Assembly: GCF_030144855.1 (NCBI RefSeq)
Contig: NC_082730.1
Coordinates: forward strand, 3,968,001 to 4,032,000
DNA: 64,000 bases
Source: Hypanus sabinus
Taxonomy: Eukaryota
Reading direction: 5' to 3'
Below, one piece after another: positions 14,155-24,800 of this stretch. Made by a program: the position numbers and the translations under genes. The notes under the pieces were generated by a model. That model was not told where the DNA came from. It was given only the letters and a program-made list of their open reading frames with translations, and made no database searches. Position 1 is the first letter of the stretch, and each line of letters begins with the position of its first letter.

Positions 14155-14345
14155 TGGGGGCAATTTATAGTGGACAATTAACCTACCGCCCTTGTATCAT
14201 TGGAATCTGGGATGAAATAATAGCACCCTGGGTAACCCGTGCCTTCACTGGGAGAACATGCAAACCCCACCCAGATGGAATCTAAAACCAGGATTAAACT
14301 GGGTTTGCTGTAGTTGTGAAGCAGCAGAACTTCCTGCTGCCCATC
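14155..14345 (-). mobile_element. tRNA-derived SINE (copy ~40495-40680)
   Basis: Resembles the widespread fish/shark SINE core gggcaattt..caattaacctacc..gaaacccacg..ggagaacatgcaaact; recognised from memory, not searched. Confidence 0.55.
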
Positions 14346-14989
14346 TGTGTGTGTTTTCTCTCTCACTCCAGAGACAACTGGACTCCAGCACCATTTTCTG
14401 TTTCACAACCTCAACCACTTCCTGCCACCATGTTACAACTTTGCAAGTCGTTTATCAAGGTCCCACACATCTCGAGCTGCTGAAACCGTTCATTCGTATT
14501 CTCTGCCTTGTTGATCAATCTGTTGTGTTTTGTTTTCACTAGATCTGTTTCATCTGATTGACCTGTGCCAGCCTCTCACTGGATCTGGCACAAGGCCACA
14601 AACAGTATTAATTTATTGCTCTTGCCCCATGTCACTTCCTTTGTTCAACACAGTTCATCCAAACATGCAGCTCAGTCTTCGTCAGGTCACACAGGCTGTT
14701 TTTTTGATAAGCCTGTCAGTCGACGAAATCAAAAACAGCTTTTTATTTGGAAATGATCGCGCATTAATCAGATTGTGGACCCCACTGCATCTACTTATCG
14801 CAGCTTTGATGAAACCGTCCCCGGGGGGGGGAGCCAGCTCACAAAATGGTGGCTGCAGAGAACACACATAAAATGGCAGCATCCATTCCTTCCACTACAG
14901 GAATATATTTGTTTTTACTGCTTCCCTTGTCCCTGGGTCATTCTGTGCTTTACATTCCTCCTCATATGCTCTAAACATGAGCTGTAGAA

Positions 14990-15560
14990 TACTTGAAAGT
15001 GAGTCCATAGGTTGTGGAATCAATTCAGAGTTGCAGTGTGAGAAGGTTCCCATGCTGGTTCAGGAGTCTGATGTATAACTGTTCCTGAACCTGGCGGTGT
15101 GGAACCTGAGATCCATACCTCCATTCCAACAGCAGCAATGAAAGATTATGGACTGGATGGTAGGGTTCCCTGATGATGCATGTTGCTTTCTTGTATCAGT
15201 GCTTCTTGTAGATCTGCTCAGTGGTGGGGAGGGGGTTTTTTGTGATGGATTGGCCATATCTACCACTTCATGGAACGCACACAAAATGCTGGTGGAACGC
15301 AGCAGGCCAGGCAGCATCTATAAGGAGAAGTGCTGTCGATGCTTTGGGCCAAGACCCTTTGTCAGGACTAACGAAGCGTCGACAGCGCTTCTCCCTATAG
15401 ATGCTGCTTGGCCTGCTGCGTTCCACCAGCATTTTGGGCGTGTTGCTTGAATTTCCAGCATCTGCAGATGTCGTCGTGTTTGTCCACCACTTCACGTTGG
15501 CTTTTTTGTTCCATTGATCAGGACTGTGGTGCTGAGATAAAAGATCAGTCATAGTCCCAT
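14990..15560 (-). mobile_element. L2/Rex-type LINE 3' fragment (copy ~41620-41990)
   Basis: Minus strand reads HTARFRNSY, the conserved ORF2 C-terminus. Interrupted at 15272-15485 in this copy. Confidence 0.65.
15272..15485. mobile_element. Penelope-derived palindromic non-autonomous element with ~9-11 bp TSD
   Basis: Inverted arms ~15274-15350 / ~15371-15444. TSD accacttca at 15262-15270 and 15486-15494; empty site in paralog B (tatccaccacttcatgttgg, ~41895). The minus strand has a degenerate hammerhead core agtcctgacaaagggtcttggcccaaagcatcgac. Confidence 0.7.
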
Positions 15561-15599
15561 TGAAGGGGGAGCAGGCAGAAGGATCCAAAAATCCTTCTA

Positions 15600-15811
15600 C
15601 TCTCATTGTTCTTATTTGGTGTGAGGTGACGTTCTGACATCAGTCAGTCCGCTCTTGACGTCGAGCGCTGTGGCTTTCTGCCTGTGATCACACCTCTGTA
15701 TTTCACCTTTTGCACAACACGTACTTTCTTGTCGACTGCTCCTCACAACGTACTGACTAGAAGGGGAAGCTTTGTGCAGTGCATCAGCGTCTATACTGTT
15801 CCGTGAGAACA
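15600..15811 (+). promoter_or_regulatory. Putative proximal promoter/5'UTR of paralog A
   Basis: Directly upstream of the leader ATG and well conserved with 42010-42223. Contains CRE-like TGACGTCG (15656-15663) and ETS/PU.1-like AGGGGAAG (15762-15769). No TSS can be established from sequence. Confidence 0.4.
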
Positions 15812-15866
15812 ATGAACACCAGGCATCTGCTGATCTCCTGCTGGCTAACTCTCTGTGCCTCACTCT
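15812..15866 (+). CDS. Paralog A exon 1, signal peptide MNTRHLLISCWLTLCASL
   Basis: ATG at 15812, hydrophobic core, consensus donor T|GTAAGT in phase 1 matching the V exon acceptor. Conserved at 42224-42278. Confidence 0.8.
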
Positions 15867-18800
15867 GTAAGTTTTATTCAGAGCAAGTCTTTGTCTTTAA
15901 AATCCTTCTCTGCACGTTCTCTGTTACTTTCTGGACTGGGGCATTTCTGGGTCCCACACTACCAGGGCAAGGAGAGTGTAGGTTGGGCACAGTGAAGCTG
16001 CCTCTCCTGTCACACTCTCATAAAGCACGAGTTTGACATAGAGAGCAAGAGAAGCTTGGTTATTGGTGGATATTAGGACAGAGGATTGTCTCATTCTGTA
16101 GCCAAAGAATCCATCCTGCTGCTAATTCTGGAAACGGAGCTTGAGAAACTGGCACCAGTTGTTCACAGGATTGGCAGGGATGTGGAATTAAGTACACGAG
16201 AGAAAATGGCGGGGTGCCACTCCAGAAATGAATATCTGTGTGATTGAAAAATCTCCAGAGAGGAGGCCCTGAATCCTCGACTTTGCCTGTTGCTTGGCGG
16301 CCGGGGCCGGGGCCGAAGCGTTCGGCAGAGATGGTGCTCGGCGCTCGGTGTCGGAGGGCTGGTCGGAGGCTCGAAGTTTTCGGACGGACTCAGAGTTGGC
16401 CGTGGTTGGGTGCTTCCAGGGTGCTGCATCGGCAACTTTGCGGCACTGGAGGTTCATGGCAGGAAGAGTTTTTCTTCCTTCTACCGTCTGCGTGAGATGA
16501 TGGGCTATCGGGGACTTTGAGACTTTTTCTTTACTGTGCCTCTGGTCTGCTCTTTATCAAATTATGGTATTGCTTTGCACTGTTGTAACTGTATGTTATA
16601 GTTATGTGGTTTTTGTCGGTTAGTCTTGGTCTGTCTTGTGTTCCTGTGATATCACACTGGAGGAACATTGTATCATTTCTTAATGCATGCATTACTAAAT
16701 GACAATAAACGAGGACTGAGTGTCCTCATAATCTAATAATCTAATGTGACCCAGGACCCCTCAGAACCCAGGAACTGGGATCTGGTCTGGAGATGTTTCA
16801 TGGGAAAAGATCATGATGGGGAATCGCTGCAGGAATGATGGATGGTGAGGGCAGGAAGTAGGGAGGCACTGGAATGCACAAAGAGAGTGGAAGTTGTTAG
16901 CTGTCATCTAACGTTTTGGCATCCGAGTGCTGGTTTCCTCTCTCTCTGCAGACAGACTGTCGATCTATCCATAGCCCAAATGACAATACTGAACATTCAA
17001 GCAGTGAGAGAGAATGATGAAGAAAATCGTGATATCATTGCCAGAAAAGGTTGTTAACCTGCAGAATGAGTCGAAAACCTGAGGATTGAGATTGATTACG
17101 AACACAGCAAAGAGTAACAGAAGTATCATTGAAGAAAACGAAAATGGACAATTGAAGGATGTTAAGAACAGACTGTGAGAGCTGGAATCAGGAAATGAAA
17201 CGAATATAGCAGCAGGTACAACTGTGGTTCCCTTACAGACAGAGGTGGGTCTTTGCAGTGGGGAATGAAGGAACAGTGGAGGAAATAAACCGTGTCTTCT
17301 TGTGTGCCTTTGTGGAAGACACAAAAACCTGCCAGAAATACAGGATAGACAAGTGTTGAATGCAAGGGTAGAAATAAAATCAGTCAGCATCAATGATGAA
17401 ATAACATCATGAAAATGGATAACTGACACATACCGGATGATCTCCATCCCGGAGTTTGTGACAAGATGTCAGTAGTGTTACTCAACTTTCTGGTTATCAT
17501 CTGCCAAACTCTACAGTTTCAGGAATGGTTCCTTCAGCCTGTTTCAAAAAGGAGGGAGAGAGAGAAAACTGGGAACCACTCACCTCCCCAGCTGACACTG
17601 GGAGCGGGGACAATATTGGGATCTGTAATAATGGATGTGAAATGCATGCTGAAGAGGAATTATCACAAAGTTTCACCAGACTGGTTTCTAATGTGAGGGG
17701 TCTGACATGTCACTAGTGTGGGAAATAGACGAGGCCTCTATTCAAATAGTTCAAAGTAAGTTTTATTATCAAAGTACATTTCTGTCACCACATACAAACC
17801 TGAGATTATTTCTCTTCGGGCATACTTAGCAAATCTATAGAACAGCAACTGTAAACAGGATCAATGGACAACGAACTGTGCAAATGCAAATATAAATAAA
17901 TAGCAATCAACAACCTGTTCTTGGACCTGGATTCTTCATCTTTGCAGCATATGGAGCAGGTCGCGTTTCTAGCGGCTCTCTCTCTTTTAATATATTTTAT
18001 TTCCCACTAACAGATCCCTTTTAGTTCTAATGACTCACTACTTCTACTGAAGGAATTATTATTTTTATTGAAGGATTCATGACTTAATTACAATGGCCGA
18101 AAAAAGTCGTTCTGGTATTGAATTGTGTTGTGGCAAGACTTTCCCCGAAATGGAGCAAAGGGAACAAACCAAGAAAACAGAGGAACCTGTTACACTAGCG
18201 GGAAAATTTTCTTCAATACAAGACCTGGTCAGAATTCGGATCGCTGAATATTAAAATTGATAAGCTGACCAGTTCAAAAGGGAAGCTTGAAAAAGCTATT
18301 TCTACGATTCAAGACTCGCTGAAAAACTTGGATTCTCAACTTCAAACACTTCAGCAGACTACAACCCGAATCGAGAGCAAGCATGATTTATTCAAGCAAA
18401 CTATTAAAGATCAAGGAATGAAGATATCTTCGACGGAAAAGAAAATCAATGAAATTACCTCGGAACTATCTAAAATTAAGAAAAGAATGGTTGATTTAGA
18501 TAGTAGAGGGCGTCGGAGGAATCTGCGTATTCTGGCACTGCCTGAAAATACTGAAGCTGGCGATCTGTTAAAATTGTTTTCAGATATGCTGTATTCACTT
18601 TTCAATGAGACTCTCGAAACTAGCCCCTTAATCGACAAAGCCCTCAGAATTCCATACTCTCGTCGTTCAGCCGAATTACGTCCTCCAGCAGTTGTACTTT
18701 CTTTGCATTATTACATGACTGAAGAAGCTATTCTCCGAGAAGCCAGAAAGAAATGGAAATTACTCTTTAATTCAACACACATTCGTATAGTTGAAGATTA

Positions 18801-21800
18801 TCCCCCCGAAATCTTTGCCGAAAGAACGAAATATCGAGAAGTTATGAGTGAAATGTATAAGTTAGATTTAAATCCCTCCCTTCGCTTTCCAGCAAAGCTG
18901 ATAATTCTTCCTGAAAAATCTCAACCATTGAGAATCTATTCTCCTCACGAGGGATGGGAGAATATTAAAAACTTTACAGTTAATCCTACTGAATACAATA
19001 TTGAAGTTATATTGATTATTCAATAGCCAATTTTGAAGTATCTGCTGTATGAGTTGTTTATGGAGCTTTTAAGTACATGTTATACCTTTTCACTCTCTGG
19101 TATGGGACATGGTCGATTTATTTTTTTTACCTTATTAATAATTAATACATATACAACTGTTTTGTAGGGAACCTTTATAGTATTGTACTTTAGTGGTCTG
19201 TGTGGGACCTGTTGTGTATTAATCTTTTTTTTTATTTGTTTCAATACTTATAGTTTTAGGTCTGTCATATACATATATTCATTTATTTTTATTTTTTCAG
19301 AGAAAGAATATTCTTTGTAAAATTATTTGCTCGGATTTATTCTTTCTTTTGAATATGTGTTTAAGCTACTTTAGCTGATTCTGAGATGGCTGTTGTTGAT
19401 TACGTTTTTATTAATGTTAGACACAACGTTATAGTAGTTGGATTCTGTTTGTGCCTTTTATTATGGCTATTTTCCATGGGAATTTTGCTTTTTTTATATC
19501 TGGAGCTGCAAGTTGGAGAACAGGGTCAAAGGTGATTAGTTAGCATGGGACCTGCCTATCGGTTCTATCTATCTATTGGGTGGGGGGAGGGGGAGGGGTC
19601 TATTCGTAGGTTTTTTTCTTGATTGGGCAGTTCTTTTGATGGATTTCTCTTTCGTAAATACGACACTCCTTCTGGTTGTACCCGCACCTTTTGGTTTAAT
19701 CTGTTCTTGCGTAATATTTCTTTTATATAATATTAAACTCAATTTTAAACATTGATGTTAATAAAATTAATATAATATCGTGGAATTGGAACGGTGTCAA
19801 TCATCCCATTAAGCGTTAAAAGATTTTTAAGAAATTAAAAACACTTAATGCTGATATTATTTTTGCGCAAGAAAATCATATTCAAAAACAGGATGGGGAT
19901 AGATTTTTCGATTTTGGAAAGGGCCTCTTTTTCACTCAATGTCGGATAGTAAAACAAGAGGCGTTTCTATATTTCTTAGTCCCAAAACCCCTTTTGTACT
20001 CCTTAATACTATTCAATTGGAAGATATTTAATTGTTACTGGTTTATTATGTGAGCAAAAGGTAGCTCTGGTGTGTGTATACGTACGTAATGTAGATAATT
20101 CTGATTTTTTAAAGAAACTTTTTTCAGACTTACCGAATCTCAATGAATATAAGCTGATCATGGGTGATGACTTTAACTGTTGCTTAAATCCGGCGATTGA
20201 CAGGTCATCAACCAATCCGTTGCTTCCTAATAAAGTGGCAGCTTCTTTTAACTCTTTTTTATTAGAATGTGGCCTTGTCGATATTTGGAGATAGAAACAC
20301 CCCAATGATAAAGATTTCTCCTTTTTTCCACACGTCCGTCACAAATATTCCCGAATTGATTACTATTTTTTAGATACACATCTGTTAAACTCCGTTGTTG
20401 AATGTGCTTATGACATCATTGCGCTTTTAGATCATGCGCCTTTAAAGTTAATCCTTAAGCTCCCAAATAGATTTTTGAAAATCTCACAGTGGAGATTGAA
20501 CCCCATTTTGTTACAGGATCCAGCTTTTGTTAATTTTATTAAGGAGCAAATTTCTGTATTTTTCGAATTTAATACAACCGAAGGAATGTCAAATCTGGTT
20601 ATATGGGACACCTTGAAATCTTTTCTTAAGGGACATATAATCTCATATTCAGCAGCCTTGAGAAAGAAAACCAAAGTGGAATTGTCAGTGCTTATTAATA
20701 AAATTAAACAGATAGATAAAGTGTATTCAGTTAAACCTACTGAAGACCCATATAAAGAAAGGGTCAAACTTCAATCACAGTATGATTTATTTCTGACCTT
20801 TCCCATTGAACAGAAAATTTTTAAATCTAAAAGTTTATTTTATATACATGGGGAAAAATCTGCTAAACTTTTAGCGGGTCAGTTAAAGGTTGGGATGGTC
20901 AGAAGACAGATTTTAAAAATTCGCTGACCAGATAGAACAGAAACTTTAGATCCTTATGAAATTACTAAGATACTTATGGACTTTTATTCTAATCTTTATA
21001 AATCTGAATTCTCTGATAGTAATATCACTATGAATAGATTTTTGCAAAGGTTAAACATACCTCAAATTTTCAATTTTTCAATTTCATAGATTTTTTGAAT
21101 TAAATGATTTTTTACTTTCTGGTAATATTTATTCTAATTTCTTTTTTAAACCTTGGATAAGGCTTTTCTAACATGGAAAATTAAGGGAATAAAAACTTCT
21201 TTAGATTTGTTTCTACAAGACTGTTTAATGTCTTTTTCACAGTTAATGGATAAAAATGATATCTCCAATACACAGTTTTTCAGATATTTACAGGTTAGGA
21301 ATTTCTTACGTGATTTTTTACCAAATTACCCCTTGATCTGCTCTTCAAATTTTGCTTTTGTTATTTTTCAGTTTAAACCTTTTCAAAAAGGATTAATAGC
21401 TATCATTTATAAACAGTTAATGAATGCTCGCACATCGCCTAATGATAGGGTTCAACACTCCTGGGAAGTAGAACTTCAACATTCACTCTCAGATAACCAA
21501 TGGAGTAAAATTTATTATTTAGTTAATAATTCATCTATCTGTGCACGCCATATTTTAATTCAGTTTAAGATAGTACACAGGGCCCATATGTCCAAAGATA
21601 AATTGGTGCATATTTTGCCTAATATATGCCCTATTTGTGAAAGATGTAATGCAGAAGTGGCTACTCTAACCCATATGTTTCGGTCATGTGTAAGTTTAAA
21701 TAATTTTTGGAGGGATGTGTTTGGAATATTATCTAAAGTTATAGATCTGGATGTTCAACCTAATCCACTTACAGCAATTTTTGGGATTTTCCCAGAGGAA

Positions 21801-24800
21801 GCAAGTAAAGTGTCTGCCTCCGCCCAACATGCGATAGCTTTTTCAACTTTACTGGCAAGGAGAGCTATTTTGCTACATTGGAAAGAAACTAACTCGCCCA
21901 CTGTTTTCTATTGTCTCTCCTTTATCATGTCATGTTTAAGCTTGGAGAAAATTAGAAGCCGGACATTTGATACATCTTTTGAATTTGGGGCCTTTTATTT
22001 AATATTTTCACATGATTTAATTAAGCTTTATTTATTTATTTTTCTCTATTCTCTTTGGACAATATCCCTGTCCATGAAGGTTCAGAGATGACTGGAAGGA
22101 TGTGTTGTTTTTCCTCTCTCTTTCTTTTTTTAAGTTTATCCTCATTTGGACTGCCCAATCTTTTTTCTCTCTTTTTTTGTTTTAGTTTAGTTAGTGGGGT
22201 TTTTCTTTCTATCAATGAAATTTCCAAACTTTTTTTTTACGATTGCTATGAGGTGTTGTAATTTCTCTCTGACCATTGTATATATAACAGCATAATATAT
22301 TACCTATTTGAGTTTGATATTATATGCTTTTTGTCTTTAATATTGCTGTTTATATGTCTTTTATATTATCTACTTGTTAAACTCCTCTTTCGATTTGTAT
22401 TTGTATATTCTTTATTTGAAAATCAATAAAAAGGATTGAAAAATGAAAATGTTCTTGGACGTGGTGGTGCAAGTCCAGAGGCACATGGACCTTCTACCTG
22501 ATGATAGCAGTGAGAGAGAGCTTGGCCAGGGTGGTGAGGATCTTTGATTAATGTAGATGCTTTCAGTGGCTGGGGGGATTTTATCTGCGATGTACTGGAC
22601 TGAATTTGCTACATTTTGTAGAACTTCCACTCAAATACATGGTTTCCATACCAGGCCATAATGAAACCAGCCAGCATACTGTGGGAAAACATTGGAATTC
22701 TCCCGTGAGGAATTCTTCTTTCATTGATAGACTTCTAGATATTAAAATGATCAAGCAAATGGCAAGAAAAAGTTTTAGCCAGGATCAGTTGACTACGTTG
22801 TGTGGTCCATTGGTAGCACATCTGTTTCCTGCTCCTGCTCGTCATGTTGACATGAGCTCGGTAAAGTGTTTGTGAACACAGATCACACAATAGAACCTCA
22901 GAGCAGGGAGTGTGAGTGTTTACACTCTGCGGCCATTTATTGATAACATCCTGTGCCTAACAAAGTGGCCACTAAGGGTATGTTCATGGTCTTCTGCTGC
23001 TGTCATGCATCAGAGATGCTCTTTTTCATCAGCACTGTTGTAACGTGTGGTTATTTGAGCTACTGCCACATTCCTGTCAGCTTGAACCAGTCTGGCTATT
23101 CCCCTCTAGCCTCTCTTATAAACAAGGCACTTTTGCCCAAAGAAATGCAGCTCAATTTGCTTTTTAGATTTAATCACCACTATCTATCATATCTAGAGAC
23201 GGATGTGATGAAAATCCCCGGAGATCATTCGTTTCTGAGATACTCAAACCATCCCATCCGGCATCAACAATCATTCCACAGTCAAAGACACTTAGGTCAC
23301 ATTTCTGATGTTTGGTCTGAACCTCATGACAATGTCTGCATGCTTTATGCATTGAGTTGTTGCCACATGATGGCTGATTTGGTATTTGCTTTAATGAGCA
23401 GATGTCCAGTTGTATCTAATAAAGTGACTATTGAGTGTGCTCCAGGCACAGCCCTGCAGTGGATTCAGTGACCAGCATCTCAATGTGGAGAAGCCATCCA
23501 AAGTGAGACAGAGAGAGATACTGTAGGGAAACTGTACCTTCAAATCTCTGAGTCTACGCTAACCATCAACCACCTGTTTACACTCATCCTACATTAATGG
23601 TGTCTGGTCCTGACAGCATTCCTGGCCAAGTACTAAAGATCTGTGTGGTCCAACTAGCAGGAGTATTTAGCACTTTCTTTACTGTGCATCCGCACATGGT
23701 TGGGAACGGGTTTAGAACCAGAGAAGCTGCCCCAAAGACACTCTGATCCATTTTTTTAAAATCTCACCGTCTCCATCATATGAGACCGGAGGTAGAAGCA
23801 GTCAGCAGTTCAGGACACTTTGTTGAATGAGAAAAAGCCAACATTTCAGGTCAAAGTCTCTACATTAGAACTGTGGAGAAGAAAAATTCTATAGGGGGTC
23901 TCTTTGATAGGGTGCCATGGGGATAAGCTGGCTACGGGATTATCTGGTCAATGAGTGGCAACAGTTGGAACAGGGAGAACATGGACAAAAGGACATTGAG
24001 CAGAATGTATAGACGTGAACTGTAAAACAGGAAGCCTGGTCCGGTAGGTCAGGCTGGACACCATCTCCACCACCACATCCAGCTAGATTCTCTTACACCC
24101 TTCTTAAGCCAATCACCCCTAGTGGGGCACAGGCTGTTGACAGCCACTAACTAGAGACCACTGTTCATCTAAACAGGGAATTCTGTCTCTCCAGGACACC
24201 AGAAACCTGCCCAGAAACTGTAGTATTGGACTGTACACCCTCTTTGCTCCAAGGTCTTATCAGAAGAGGAGAGTCCTCAGAGACAGACTCAAACTGCGAC
24301 TCCACGCTCACCACCTGACACTGGAGGTCCAGGCAACAGGTGAGGGTCGGACAGTGCAGTGTGTACAGGAGCAGCCGGTGGAAGGAACCCCCTGGGGACG
24401 GGAGGTGCGGCCTGTGGGACATTTCCCAGAGACGGAACAATTTTGAACCAGATCTGGAGAAAAGCTTGGGGACCCAGATCCAGTGACAATTCAGTCTGAG
24501 TGGTGGTCACCTTGAGTCCGAACAGCCGACAACCTGACCCCTGCACACCCACAGTGAGGGTATCCCAGTGTCTGACCCCAAACCTCCATGAATATGTCTG
24601 TGACCACACCCGACCACTGATATCTGGCTGCAGGTTGAAACTTCATTTCTCAGGGCTGGGTGCAGAGAGTTTTGAGCCCTGATGAAGGGTCTCAGCATGA
24701 AACAAAAGGAACTTTGTGTTGTCTGTCTCACAGGGCTGGGAGCAACATGATGGGCCGAATGTCTTTTTCCAGTGCCTTTGATTTTCCCAGGTCTGATTCC

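Larger units (their letters stand above)
7880..17290. repeat. Segmental duplication block paralogous to ~34355-42882 plus 53075-53285
   Basis: Colinear near-identical sequence starting ctaggtccaggtatgactctaag in both copies, including shared old TEs and the leader exon. Confidence 0.92.

Noticed and set aside
14873-14974. Short hydrophobic ORF MAASIPSTTGIYLFLLLPLSLG... as the leader exon
   Set aside because: Only a weak GTCATT donor, which is absent (GCTC) in paralog B. The 15812/42224 exon has a perfect phase-1 GTAAGT donor in both.
16102-16844. Possible additional exon in intron 1 (phase-compatible with the leader after removing the SINE)
   Set aside because: In-frame TGA in A; frameshifts, stops and no good donor in B, so the apparent phase chain is not reproducible.
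22953-23471. 172-aa plus-strand ORF
   Set aside because: Antisense to the Tc1 transposase remnant.
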